This document shows positions 1 to 12,652 of a DNA stretch of 64,000 bases, in pieces. The DNA comes from the human T2T-CHM13v2.0 reference genome, Homo sapiens. The stretch lies in assembly GCF_009914755.1 (NCBI RefSeq), contig NC_060939.1. One strand, given 5' to 3'. The stretch's first letter is position 1, and each line of letters starts with the position of its first letter. The position numbers and the translations under genes were made by a program. The notes under the pieces were generated by a model. The model searched no databases, was not told where the DNA came from, and saw only the letters and a program-made list of their open reading frames with translations.

Positions 1-1435
1 TCAGTGTGACCCTGGGAAGCCCTCTGAGCCACCCACAAAGGATTCTTGTCCTCATGGTGACTGTGGTCACCCAAGCCTGTGACCAACACTGGTCTCATTA
101 AGATGGGTATCAACAGGGAAAACCCATTGCCCCCAAGAAAGCCCGAGAGAGACATTCGATAAGGAGCAGCCACATGTGTGTCTGATGGAGCCAGAATGAT
201 CCCCATATGGACACGGGGCTCAATGGGGCTACATACTTTATCCTAGAGGTTGGTCTCTCAGGACCATGTTTTCACTTCATCCCTGTCAGAGTAGGTCTGC
301 AGTGGCAACCCTCATCTCGTGGACTGTTTAAATATTAAATATCGTTCCTTCCTAGAAGGAGGAAACTCTTGAGATGGTTCTGGAGTCCTTGGGGATAAGA
401 GGAGAAACACTGCCCTTTGTTAAGGAGAGAAAATGTCCCTTGAATGGGGAATGGGCAACCACCTGGAAGAAACTGATGCAGCCAGATCTATTTCCAGCTA
501 TAACTGACTCACTTTCATCTGTCAAAACAGCATTAAGCACCAGTAATAAGCCCTTTAAACAAACAGGCTGTTCATCCTGAGACTGCAACATCTTCAGCTG
601 CAGGACCACCCCAGGAGGAAATACTGCAGGAGATTAGCCTCTTCTTTTAGCAGGGGGAGAAGAAGGGGAAAAGGAGGCTTGGAATGGAATTCTGCCAATG
701 ATCCTCTCCCTCCGTGGGGCCATTGGACTCTGCAGGGTGCTGGGTCTAATAGGACACCAATGAAAAGTTAGGGAGCATGTTCATTAGCCCTTGCCTTGGT
801 GGGACCTTACCTGGTGTTCACTGCAAGTGGAGGAATGGGCTGGGGAGGGATGCAGTACAAAGTCACACGAGAAAAGACCAAGGGATTGTAGAGAGGAAGG
901 CTGAGGAGGAATCCGGCCAAGAGGCACTGTGGCCTAGCATCAAAACCATGGGCTTTGGCAGTAGCGACACCTCCAAAGGGTCCAGACCCCAGCTCCGTGA
1001 CTGGCTTGGTTGTATCACCTGCCTTCCCCCAGAGCCCCGCAGAAGACACATGTAATTAATCAATCGTGCCTACTGTGATTGTGGCAGCTGCCACCTGCCA
1101 CTTGGAGAGCTACAATGTGGGAAAGACATAAGACTTGTCCTATGGACTCAAGAGTTCCAGAGGCTGGAGCCACAAGGAGGAGAGTGCAATAGGCTGAATT
1201 TAAGACAGGACTCTGTAGTAGTCAGAGCAGTGGACTAAGTTAAACCAGTCACTCATGAGTTCTTCACCTTGAAGTCCCAATAATGGACTGCAGTTTGCAA
1301 AATAATCTTGTTTCCTTATGTTAAGATGTGTTACCCAATAAACCCCCTGTTTATAGGGTATGTGGGGGGGGGTGTGAATGAACTTTTATTGTGATAAAAT
1401 ATACATAACATAAAATTTATGATTTTAATGATTTT

Positions 1436-2380
1436 TTTCTTTTTCAACTTTTATTTTAGATTCAGGGGGTACCTCTGCAAGTTTGTTACCTGGGTATATT
1501 GCATGATGCTGAGGTTTGTGATACAAACGATCCCACCACCCAGGCACTAAACTTAGTACCCAACAGTTTTTCAACCCTTTCCCCATTCCCTTCTTCTCCA
1601 GTGTCTACTGTTGCCATCTTTATGTCCATGAATACCCAATGTTTAGCTCCCACTTATAAGTGAGAACATGTGGCATTTGGTTTTCTATTCCTGTGTTAAT
1701 TCACTTAGGATTACGGCCTCTAGTTATTAGATCATCAGGGACAGTTACTTGTGAATGGGTATTGTTTATACACCATGCGTCCATGATGTATTCCATGGTG
1801 TATATGTACCACATTTTCTTTATCCAATCCACCACTGCTGGGCACCTAGTTTGATTCCATGTCCTTGCTATTGTGAATAGTGCTGCTATGAACATGCCAG
1901 TGCATGTGTCTTTTGGTAGAATGATTTGTTTTCTTTTGGATACTCATCCAGTAATGGGATTGCTGGGTGGAATAGTAGTTCTACTTTCCTTGCAAAATCT
2001 CCAAACAGCTTTTCACAGTGGCTGAACTAATTTACAATCCCAACAATATATAAGCATTCTCTTTTCTCCACATCCTCACCAACATCTGTTGTTTTTTGAC
2101 TTTTTAATAATAGCCATTCTGACTGGTATAAGATGGTATCTCGTTGTGGTTTTGATTTGCATTTCTCTGATGATTCATGGTGAGCAGCATTTTTTCATAT
2201 ATTTGTTGGCCACTTATTTGTCTTCTTTTGAGAAGTGGCTGTTCATGTCTTTTGCCGATTTTTTAATGGGGTTGTCTTTTGCTTGTTGAGTTGTTTAAGT
2301 TCCCTATAGATTCTGGATATTAGACCTTTGTCGGATGCATAGTTTGTGAATATTTTCTCCCATTCTGTAGGTTGTCTGCA
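1436..2380 (-). mobile_element. Old primate L1 3' end (L1PA13-16-like) nested in an L1M 3' fragment
   Basis: T-rich tail then ttttagattcagggggtac...; ORF2 C-terminus MFIAALFTIARTWNQ on the minus strand. Confidence 0.85.
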
Positions 2381-2409
2381 TTTTAAGCATTGTTAATTGT
2401 ACATTTCAC

Positions 2410-3360
2410 TTAGAAGAAATTCACTCTTAGAAGAAAACTTAGGAGAAGGTTTTCATCACCTTGTGTTTGGCAATGGTCTTTTAAGTATGACACCAAAAGC
2501 ACAGGCAATGAAAGAAAAAATAGATAAATTGGACTACCTAGAAATGTAAAACATTTGTGCATCAAAGGACAATCTATCAAGGCACTCATATAATTAGAGA
2601 AAAGATTTACAAATACTATACCTGATAAGGGATTAACATCCAGGATATGTGAAGAACTCTTAGAGCTCAACAACAAAAAACCCAAATAACTCAATTCGAA
2701 AATGGGCAAAAGACTTGGAATAGACATTTCTCCAAAGAAAATATACAAATGGCCAATAAGTACGTGGCAAGATGCTCCGCTGATCATGAGGGAAATACAA
2801 ATTAAATACATGAATGTATTAGTCTGTTTTCACACTGCTATAAAGAAATCCTGAGATTGGGTAATTTATAAAGAAAAGAGGTTTAATTGGCTGACAGTTC
2901 TGCAGGCTCGCCAGGAATCATAGCGGCTTCAGCTTCTGGGGAGACCTTAGGAAGCTTCCAGTTCTGACAGAAGGCAAAGGGAGAGTGAGGCGTCTCACAT
3001 GGCAGGAGCAAGAGAGAGAGGGAGGTGCTGCACACTTTTCAACAACCAGATCTTATGAGAACTCACTCATTATCATGAGGACAGTATCCACCGCATGGTG
3101 CTAACCCATTCACAAGAAACTGTCCCTGATGATCTAATCACCTCCCACCAGGTCCCACCTCCAACATTAGGGGTTACAAAATTCAACATGAGATTTGGTG
3201 GGGACACAGATCCAAACCATATCAATGAGATATCACTTCATACCCTCTAGCATGGCTATTAGTAAACACACATACACACACACAGAAAATAACAAGTGTT
3301 GGTGAGGATGTGGAGAAATAGGAACCCTTCTGCTTTGCTGGTGGGAATTTCAAATGAGAA
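2410..3360 (+). mobile_element. L1M ORF2 3' fragment interrupted by an MST LTR
   Basis: aaatgggcaaaagacttggaatagacatttctccaaag; aacaagtgttggtgaggatgtggagaaa. Confidence 0.8.
2815..3224 (-). mobile_element. MaLR solo LTR, MSTA-like
   Basis: tgtattagtctgttttcacactgctataaag...gatccaaaccatatca; 5-bp TSD atgaa/atgag. Confidence 0.9.
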
Positions 3361-4149
3361 TTCACTTTTAGGGCAGTGACCAGGGATCAGTATAATCATT
3401 TCACATCTGGACATAAGTCAGCTACCTTGACAAAGCATTTCATGGGCAACTTGGACTTGACGGACAGTTTAGGGAATTGAAGGGGACAAACGTTAACTTG
3501 TTACCTTCATCTTGTTACCTTCATTTTGCAAAAGAGGAACTTGATGCTCAGACAAGTTAGGTCATTTGTATGAGGCCACCCAGCATCTAAGTGGCACAAC
3601 CAGGAACTGAACTGCATTCTCTCGCTCTAATGTGGTGCACCAGGTGCAGCAGAAATTTGCACTCATTTAGGGACAGGGATGGCAATGAGCTGAGTGGGCC
3701 AGGAGCTGCCACACTGGAGAAGAGGTGTTAGAAGACCACGGCAGGCAGCAACGCATCAAGGCTACACGTGCACACACTGCAGTTGTTCAGAGCCTGGGGC
3801 AGCACCTTATCGGGGAGAACAAGCTGAAAGGTCAGAGCTCCTCAGCATCCCCTCAAACACCAGCCAGCACCTGGGCATGACACAGTTGTGCTGAAACCCC
3901 AGTTGAGGTTGCCCTTGCCCTTGAATGTGCCTTTGGTTTCGCTCTTCTCAATTTGTTTGGCTGCCCCTTCACAACAAAGGCATTTTTCAGAAGGAAAGCA
4001 GACATCCTTGGGTGGTGACTCAGAAAGGCTCAGAAATACAGTCACACATTCTGCATGCTGCTCTCGATGGCTTGCCACAGGACATGTAGGAAAACAGCTG
4101 AGGGGCACATACTACCATAGTGAACGCTTACATGCCGCACGCCATGCCA

Positions 4150-4275
4150 AGTAGCATTATCTCATGTCATGAGAGGACTACTGCCATTATCCCCATTTTA
4201 AAGATAGGAAAACTGAGCCTCAAGGAGTAACTTGCACAAGATCCCACGGCTGGTTAGGGACAGATCCAGGTCTCC
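4150..4275 (-). mobile_element. MIR fragment
   Basis: attatccccattttaaagataggaaaactgagcctcaagg...acttgcacaagatcccac core. Confidence 0.75.
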
Positions 4276-4599
4276 TCCCTGCTCCTGATCACCATCCATT
4301 TGCCCCTATTACACATAACTAGGAAATAGTGATGGCACCCTAGAGAATCATGTCAGGAAGGCCAAGGCCAGGATGGGTTTGAGTTTATGAAAATATTAAG
4401 AAAAACAGAAAAGTCTTTTTATGTTTCAAGTAAGAACCAAAGGGCTAGGAGCAGATGGCATAGGGGCTACAAAGGGCAAATGTGTAATGAACTCCTCAAC
4501 CCCTATATCTGTCTTTTCAGCAAAGATGAGTCTTTTACTTGGATAGGGGAACGGGGCCTTTGGGTTCTTTACTGACAGTCCCACTTTACTGCTCTAAAG

Positions 4600-4788
4600 C
4601 AGTGGTTCTTTACATTCATGGTCCCCAGACCAGCAGCATCAGCATCACTGGGAACTTGTTAGAGACGCACATTCTCAGGCCCACCCCAGACCTGGTGAAT
4701 CAGAAACTCTAGGAGTGGGGCCCACCAATCTGTGTCTCAGCAGTGCTCCAAGTAATTTGCATGCACAGCGTATGTTTGAGAACCACTG
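4600..4788. mobile_element. MER5A (hAT-Charlie non-autonomous DNA transposon)
   Basis: TIRs cagtggttct ... gagaaccactg; internal cagcagcatcagcatcac, gaatcagaaactct. Confidence 0.88.
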
Positions 4789-4849
4789 CTACCCACAAAG
4801 TCAAAACCAATGAACCTCCCAGGGGCAAACTTGCAGTCAGACCACTGAG

Positions 4850-6480
4850 CAGCTGGCCATGATCTTCTCCAAATCATGCAGAATTAGAGAAGGGAATCAG
4901 GGACAGGCAATCTCTGTCCCAATTTTCTAAACAGGAGGAAAGGATGGACAATGGTGAGCTTAATGTCAACACCAAGCTAGAGTTTCAAATAGGTTACCAA
5001 TCCCATGGCTGATGAATGCTTAAAGATGGAGAAGTAGAACTGGAAGATACCTGGGCACACTGTTCTGATGTTCCTTTGTGAGGCAGGCAGCAGACAGGTA
5101 GACCAGGGATTAGTATAGTCATTTCACATCTGGACGTAAGTCAGCTACCTTGACAAAGCAACTTGACGGACAGTTTAGGGAATCGAAGGGGACAAATGTT
5201 AACTTCTCAGAACAACCTGATAAGATAGATATTATTTTCCTCTCCTTTCTACTCATAAGGAAATTAAGGCTCAGAAATGCAAAGTAAATTGCCCAATTGG
5301 AATTTACAGAACATCAACATATGAGTCTGGGGGAAAGGGAAAATTCAACCCGTAACAGCTGGGTTAGATGGCCTCCCTTCCCACGCTGAGATTCTCTCAT
5401 TCAACACATCTGAGTCTCTGCTCGCACGGTGTACTTATGAAATTTCTGCCTATCTGAGGCAGTGAGCAGAGAAAGGGGAGCATGTTTCTGAAACCCAAGC
5501 AGAAGGCCTGCCCTTCTGTAAATTGCAGATGAGGAGAGGAAGGAAGCTGGGATTCAAATCCACGTATATAGGCATCAGTGATCTCTACTATCTCCACTGT
5601 GACCTCCTTGTATCCTTGACAGATAGTTTAACCACTATGTGCTGACCATTGACACCCAAAGGATGCTAATTAGATTAATGTGGACCACAGAGAGACCTCT
5701 CTGAACCAGCCACGGGGCTTGGTGTCTGTCCCCATTTTTACCAATAACTTAAATGACAGCATCAGTGGTCTGCTTAGCACATTCCCTGGTGATGTGACTT
5801 TTGGGGGATTCTCCATATTTGGGGTCTCAGAATTAGAACCAACTCAACCAAAGAGGAAAAAGTTTGACATGGACAAATGCAAGATTCTGTACTTAGGTTC
5901 AAATCATGTATACAAGTGCAGAGAGATGAACAGCACCAACCATCAGTGGGTGTGTGGTTGCTCAAAAGGATAACATGGTCTTGGGTCACAGCAATGAATG
6001 GATAGCATCTCTGAGAGTCAGGGAGGTTGGCGATGGCCTTGCTTTTCTCTGCCTGGCCAGATCCCACTTAGAGAATCACATTTTTCTTTAGGTGCCAGGC
6101 CAGAGAGGGGCCACAGTGGCAGAGAAATTTGGAAGCTGAGAGGTTTTGAGAGAGAAGGTTCCAAGGAACAAGAGAGTTTTATTTACTCAGCAAATACTCT
6201 TTAGGCACCAGTAGGCTCCAGCCCTGTGCTGGGGGAATAAAAAAGTCAATAGAACAAGGCTCCTGCCCTCCATTGGCTCATAGATTTGCTCTGTGAGGCT
6301 CCAGGTGTAGAACTAGGGTTGGGGGAGGAAGCCAGATTCCTTCCGGACACTGGGAAGAATATTCCAACAAATAAGATCATCTGAAATGGGCTTGGCTGCC
6401 TCTTAAGAGGTGGTGAATTCAGCATCTTTGGAGATATTCAGGCAGCAGCGAACCCCCCATTACTGAGGTGGTGGAGAGGA
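4850..6480 (+). mobile_element. L3/CR1 LINE remnants (RT region and 3' end), interrupted by a MIR and a local duplication
   Basis: ORF 5680-5973 PRGLVSVPIFTNNLNDSISGLLSTFPGDVTFGG...KFDMDKCKILYLG resembles CR1 RT PQGSVLGPVLFNIFINDL...SKFADDTKLGG...KFNKDKCKVLHLG. Confidence 0.75.
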
Positions 6481-6509
6481 AATCCCTGTCATACAGAGTT
6501 GGCAGATTA

Positions 6510-6914
6510 GCTCGCTAATCAGGGCTACCGTAACAGCGTCTCACAGACTGGGTGGCTTAACCGACAGAATGTATTATCTAGCAGTTCTGGGGGCTGGAAG
6601 TTCAAAACTCAGGGTTCAGCGTGGTTGGTCCCATCTGAGGGCTGTGAGGGAAGGATCTGCACCAGGCCTCTCACCTTGGCTTGCAGATCGCCATCTTCTT
6701 TTTCCCATGGCCTTCTACCTGTATGCCTGTTTCCAAATCCCCCCTCTTTGCAAGGACATCAGTCATATTGGATTAAGGCCCACCCTAGTGACCTAATTTT
6801 AACTTCATTACTTCCGTGAATACCCTCCCTCCAAATACAGTCACATTCCAAGGTACTGGGGGTTAAAACATCAACATATGAGTTTGGGGGAAATGAGAAA
6901 TTCAACCCATAACA
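6510..6914 (-). mobile_element. MLT1 (MLT1C-like) MaLR LTR
   Basis: cacagactgggtggcttaa...cagttctgggggctggaag...ggattaaggcccaccct...attcaacccataaca. Confidence 0.85.
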
Positions 6915-7779
6915 GCTGGGTTAGATGGCCTCCCTTCCCACTCTGAGATTCTCTCATTCAACACATCTGAGTCTCTGCCCCCACAGTGGACTTACAAAAT
7001 TTCTGCCCATCTGAGGCAGTGAGTAGGGAGAGGGGAGCATGTTTCTGAAACCCAAGCAGAAGGCCTGCCCTTCCGCTCTCACCAGCAGCTGGCAGGGCCC
7101 GGCCTCTGGTGCCAACAAGGCGGGCTTCAGCTGCCCCAACCTGAGCAGCTCACCCAGGGGCCCCTGGCTCTGCTGGCCTGTGGGGTGGCACGGAGCCCTG
7201 GCTGGCTGTTGGCTAGGAAGGTGAGCAATGGAGTGGAAGGACACTGAGGCAATTGAGTATGGCCTCAGGCAGCTGGTGGTGAATGGCTCTAATTTAATTA
7301 CAACATCGAAGGAGGCTGCGACCCACAGAGACGGTGGCCCCTCAGGCAGGAAAGCAGCCCTGGGTGCAGACAAGGCCTGTGAATTGGTGCTTAATTAGGC
7401 ACCAGGAGCCTAATTAAGGCTTTAGGATGGCACTGATTCAGCTTGCCTCTGGCCAGGGCCAGAGGGGCCAGGTCAGCAAAGCCAGCCCTGCTGCAGAGAC
7501 TTGAGGGCCCAAGGTGAGAGAAGAGTAAGCAAGGTGCAAAAAGATAGGGAGAGACCAGCACAGGTTGCTGGTGGCTCCTCCCAGACAGGACCATGGCAAT
7601 CCAGAGAGTGTGTCCCTAGGGCTGGTCCCTTCCCTGTGCTGGTCCCAGTCTCCTCCGGTTGACAGAGGGTGAGGTGAACTATCACCTTTTTGGAAGCGTG
7701 CTCCATGAAAGAGAAAAGGAGGGACGTCTGTGATATTAAGGCATAGGTGGCTCCCGGCATTTGTGTGTAATGGATTCTC

Positions 7780-8450
7780 TCTCTCTCCAATTTTTTTTTT
7801 AAATAGCAATGCAGATAGTGAAAAGACATCCAAATTGGATTAAAGGATTTAAAGTAAAAAGCCAACTCCGCTCCGCACCCCCTGTCCTCCTCCACAGAAG
7901 CAAGCTGTTAAACCTGCTTTCTGTGTGTGGATCCTTCCAAAAATAACCCCTTTTTACACCTACGGAACGTGGTTTAAGTACTGCACCTTGTTAAATTCTG
8001 GAAAGTATTCCCTATTGACACACACCACCTCATTCTCCTTCACAGCTGACTGGCAGTCCACTGTGTGTCTGGACCATAATTTATGTAAGCAGAAGCCATT
8101 GGCGGGCATTGAGGGTGTTTCCAATTTTTTGCCAGTATAATCAATGCTACATCGATCACCCTTGTGCTGATATCTGCAAACATATGCACATCTATAGGTT
8201 TTGCTTTTCAGAAGTCTTTGCCAATTTGCATTGTTAATTTTTATAGTTACTGCCAATTACCCTCCCTAGAGGTAGGTATCGATTCATATCCTCACCTACA
8301 ATTATGGAAAATACCTGTTTTCTCTTAACCTCACCAATGGGTGTATTATCAACATTAGTTATATTTACCAATCCAATGAAAAGTGGTATCTGATTGTTGT
8401 TTGAAATTGGATTCCTTTGATTATGAATGAGATTGAATATAATTTTGTTT
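7780..8450 (-). mobile_element. Ancient L1ME fragment
   Basis: aagtggtatctgattgttgtttgaaattggattcctttgattatgaatgagattgaa; ttccaattttttgcc. Confidence 0.65.
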
Positions 8451-10499
8451 CTTTGGAGTGGCATCGATTGAAACTCCAGAATCCAGCCAGAAGGCTTAAG
8501 CCCCCAAGAAATGGTCTTGCTGGACCTCCTCCTGGGCCACAGGGGACAGAGATGATACCTGGGCATGAGCAGTAGTCTCACCACTCCTGGCGGGGCCCGC
8601 CATGTAGCAGGAAAAACCCCCAGTGCCATACCTTTCTCCTTTCTTTTGGTAACTTGCTGTCTAGGATGGTGTGAGCCTGCCTTTCCCATGTGCAGTCCTG
8701 GCAGCTGCCTAAAAGGGCTTGCAGTGAAGCTGGGGTCATTTATCTCTCCTGATAATGTCCCCAGAATGAACCCTCTAGCCTCTGCTTGCTGCTTTTCATT
8801 CACTGCTCTATTAAAGATTTGTGAGGTGCCCACTTTATATATGTGCCATGCTAGGATCTGGAGTTATACAGAAGCAGGAAGTCAGTACATTTGCTTATAG
8901 AATTTAAAACTGTAGGGAAGGAAAAGAAAAGTAAACAAGTAATTCCAGTGTAGCGTGATAGGTGCTTGATAGGGGAAGAACAACATACCGGACACAAAAC
9001 CATCCAGGGAGGTCCAGGAGGCTTCCTGCAGGAAGTGGCTTCAAAGCCAAGACCATAAGAAGGGACTGCTAGCCAGGACCACATAGGACGTGTCATGGAA
9101 GAAACTAAGATGTTCCTCGTGGCAGTGTGGCTGTGCACACTGGGTACTGGGAGAGATGTGCAGGCCCAGATCCCAAGGGCCTCACAAGCCCGATGGAGGC
9201 TATCAGGTTTTATGCTGTGGACTCCAGGAGTCACTGGAGAGTTTTCAGTGGCATGTCCATATTTGAGGCTAGCCTGGCTTACTTGAGCAAGAGTGTTGGC
9301 TTAGGCAGGCAGGGAGGCCTGGGGATCTGGAATTAGACTCAGCATCCCCATGCCTTGATCAGCCTTTCCCAACAGCCCCAAATTCTAAGACGAAGTCCTC
9401 AGCTCTCCAATACTGCAGAGATGGTGTCTCATTCTGAGATATCCTGCAGCACACCAGAGGCCTCAACAGTGTTCCCAAAGAAAGGACAGCCGTGGGCTGT
9501 AGGGCCCCTGGATCACGGCTGAGGCTGCCAATGCAGAGGACAGGAGAGCAGGAGCCCGAAAGTTCTGTTCCCAGCTTTGCTGCTGATCGTTCACAAAGCA
9601 TCACTGAGTCTCCCTTGATGACCACCTGTGAGGCAATCCTGCTCCTTAGGGACATCATCAGCTTTATCCCACAGTGCTTTTAGCTTCTTGGAGGAAGCCC
9701 TTTTGGTCCCCTTTTCCAACAGTGACAGCCACTATTCTTTCCACATACCCAGCCCAGGAACCCAGGGAAAAAGACAAATGTGCTTTGGAGATGATTTTGG
9801 CAATCCTCATTGATTGCTGTCCGTGCTCATAAAATACGGTGCTTAATTGTCATGGCATTTGGGGTAGCCAATTTGAAAAATAATTACTGCCTTCTTTGAG
9901 ATTACTTTGGCTTCTAATTAAAATCTCAAGACTGGGATATTAAAGGTGCACTGTCAATACAACGTCCCGGATGCACCCAGCTAACCTCATTTGGGAAGGC
10001 AAAATTAATTAGTTTGTGTTTTAACACCCAGCTGTTATCCTAAGGAAAGGAATAGTCTTCAAGTCGGCCATGCACACAGTCTCTAAATTGGCCAGAGCAA
10101 CGGAGGAGAGATAAAGGAAATCGAGAGTGATTTGTTCCTGTATAACTCAGTCAGCTTCTATTACAAGCTGCTCGTTAAGTGGCGCTCCCGTGTCCCTGTC
10201 AGACATCGCTCAGGAGTTCTTGTTTACCCGTGGAGGCAGAATCGGAAATAAGTGGGTCCCTCTGTGCCACTGAGCTCTGGATTCATTCCGGAGCCTCATT
10301 TGCTGTTAACACCTTTTCCAGTTAGCAATTCTGGGTGAAAAGCCTGGCCCCAGATCTGAGAGGTTGGGCATTTCTATTCCTGTCCCAGCTGGCCGCAGTT
10401 ACAAAGCTGTGTGCACTGCTGGCTTCCTCCTTTCTTCTTACCTACATCTTCCCATTTTTCAATTCCATTTGAGTCAAATGTTTGCTGAGTGCAACGGAA

Positions 10500-10810
10500 G
10501 TCAGGATAATCAATCCTAGGCTATGCTACAGTAACACACCCTGAGACTCCAGCACTTTAGCACAACAGAAGTTTATTTCTCACTCACTCGCAAACTGTGA
10601 TGTGAGCTGGCAGGGGCTCTCTTCCAATCAGGGATTCGGGGATCTAGGATTCTTCCATCTTAGGCTGACATCTTCTGACCAGGAGACTTTGAAGTTCTCC
10701 AAGGCAGGGGAAGAAGAAGTGGGAGAGCCTGCTCTTGAACACCAACCAAGAAAGTACACATTGTCTTTGTCGCAGGCTATCGGGCCAGAACTAGTCACTT
10801 GACCCCAGCC
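10500..10810 (-). mobile_element. Ancient MLT1J/K-like LTR
   Basis: ctaggctatgctacagtaaca...cacaacagaagtttatttctcactcac...ggccagaactagtcacttgacc. Confidence 0.7.
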
Positions 10811-12021
10811 CAGTTACCAGAGATGCCAGGAGATGTTTGTTGAGTGCTGCCGTCTCTGCAACAGTGCTTTGGACCCAGCATGCACTGAGCAAGATGCCTT
10901 TGAATCCTACTACAAAGGGGTGTAAGGTGTGGTCCCTGCGCTTGGGGAGACCACAGTACAGTTTCATGTTCCCCTTCTGGAAAGCATCCCTTCCGTCTCT
11001 AAAATGACCATTCACTTCTTCCGCAGTCATAGTTCTTGAGGCCCTCAGCACAGAGGCAGCAGGACCAACGACCTTCCCAGGAGCCCACAGATCAGCGGGA
11101 AAGGCAGGTGTGCACAATGCATAAGACTGGAGCCAGGGAAGGACACTGGTGCACGGGTGACCACAGCTGCCCAGAGACAGGGCAAAAGTGCAAAGGAGTG
11201 TTGATCTGAGCCTTGATAGGAGGAGGTGCCATGAAACAGCATAGTAATGAATTTTCAGCCTGGGCTGCTAAGCACGATAAGAGAAGTAGAAACAAAGCTG
11301 ATGGTAATCATCTGGAGGTGGTTAACAGTCTGACTGGGGAGATGACAGTAGAACAAAGGCAATATTTCCAGGAAGATAGGATGCACGTGCTTAGTTTCTG
11401 GAGGTGGGAAAGAGAGTTCACCACAGGGATCAGTGGGGAAAGGCATCTAGGCGAGCACCCAGCACGTGTGGAGGCCCAGCACACGCCTGAGTAACCTCAG
11501 AAGCACCTATGGGCCACTTGGACGTTTCATCGCTGATTCGATTCCTCTCTCCCCCTTTCTGGTCATAACATTGATGGCCTGAAAAGAAATTCATTTCTGA
11601 AAGCCTTCCCCTACTAAGACCTTGCTATCAGAAAATAAGCAAACCATTGTTTATCTGGCCTGTGTTAGGGCTTGAGTTCACTTAGGAAGTAAACATCGGG
11701 GTGATGTTTCATGCAGGGACACCGTGGTGGCTCGACGATCCCTGGGTAACGTCAGCCCACAGCTGCAGCCAGCTCATTCCCAGCCTGGGGAGTTGCCATG
11801 GGGTGAAAAATGCTCAAGAACCAGGAGCCTCAGATGCCTGTGTTTTATCCAAACTCTGTCTAACCAGCTGTTTGAGAAGCTTGTCTCTTCTCAAGCAAGT
11901 CACACTGGACTCCCGCGTTTTCCTTTCTAAAATGACAGAAGGGGACAAGTTCAGTCTAGGAGGCCCATGCGTTCACCACACAGACATGGCCTGTGGGATC
12001 ACCCAGTAAGGCCTCACATGG

Positions 12022-12280
12022 TGTTGTTTTGTTTTGTTTTTGAGATGGAGTCTCGCTCTTGTCACCCAGACTGGAGGGCAATGGCGCAGTCTTGTTTCAC
12101 TGCAACCTCTGCCTCCCAGGTCAAGCGATTCTCCTGCCTCAGCATCCTGAGTAGCTGGGATTACAGGTGCATGCCTCCACGCCCAACTAATTTTTGTATT
12201 TTTAGTAGAGACGGGGTTTCACCATGTTGGCCAGGCCAACTCCTGACCTCAGGTGATCCGCCCGCCTCAGCCTCTCAAAG
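12022..12280 (-). mobile_element. AluS, slightly 5'-truncated, with a small internal deletion
   Basis: (GTTTT)n tail, gagatggagtctcgctc...ctcaggtgatccgcccgcctcagcctctcaaagt. Confidence 0.95.
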
Positions 12281-12375
12281 TAAAATTTTAATTAGTTGCC
12301 AACATTTAAAAATTTGGAGAATTTGCATAAAAATCCTGATTTCTAATACAGAAAAAATCTGAAGATCTGGGACCA
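12281..12375. mobile_element. hAT-Charlie MER112-like fragment
   Basis: aattagttgccaacatttaaaaat...cataaaaatcctgatttct...gaagatctgg. Confidence 0.55.
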
Positions 12376-12652
12376 CCATACTCAACAACAGTAAGACTGG
12401 CTACCCGTCACGATGCCCCAGTCCTCACCATTCCCCACTGCCTTCACAACACTGAGGCTGGGTGTTCGTTTTTCTTACACATGTCCCAAATCCCAGCTTG
12501 CTCAGTCACGTGCCCTGCAAGGCTGCTGAGCTAACTGAGCTCCCCAGTCCCAATCACCTTTAAAACTCTATGACTATATTCCTGACACTTCTTCTTTTTC
12601 TCTAAATATATCTCATTCTTGGGTCCTTTTGGCAGAACCACCCACCAGTCAT

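Noticed and set aside
740-1375. Possible ancient LTR (AATAAA followed by a GT-rich tail at ~1337-1375)
   Set aside because: I could not identify termini, a TSD or a family, so it is not called
5680-5973. 97-aa RT-like ORF
   Set aside because: Degenerate L3/CR1 remnant; the catalytic FADD reads FPGD and the start is GTG
8234-8833. Longest ORF in the track (199 aa, minus strand)
   Set aside because: No recognisable domain or splice context, and it runs into an L1ME remnant
11967-12362. 131-aa ORF (likewise 51502-51880 and 35655-36464)
   Set aside because: Alu-derived translations
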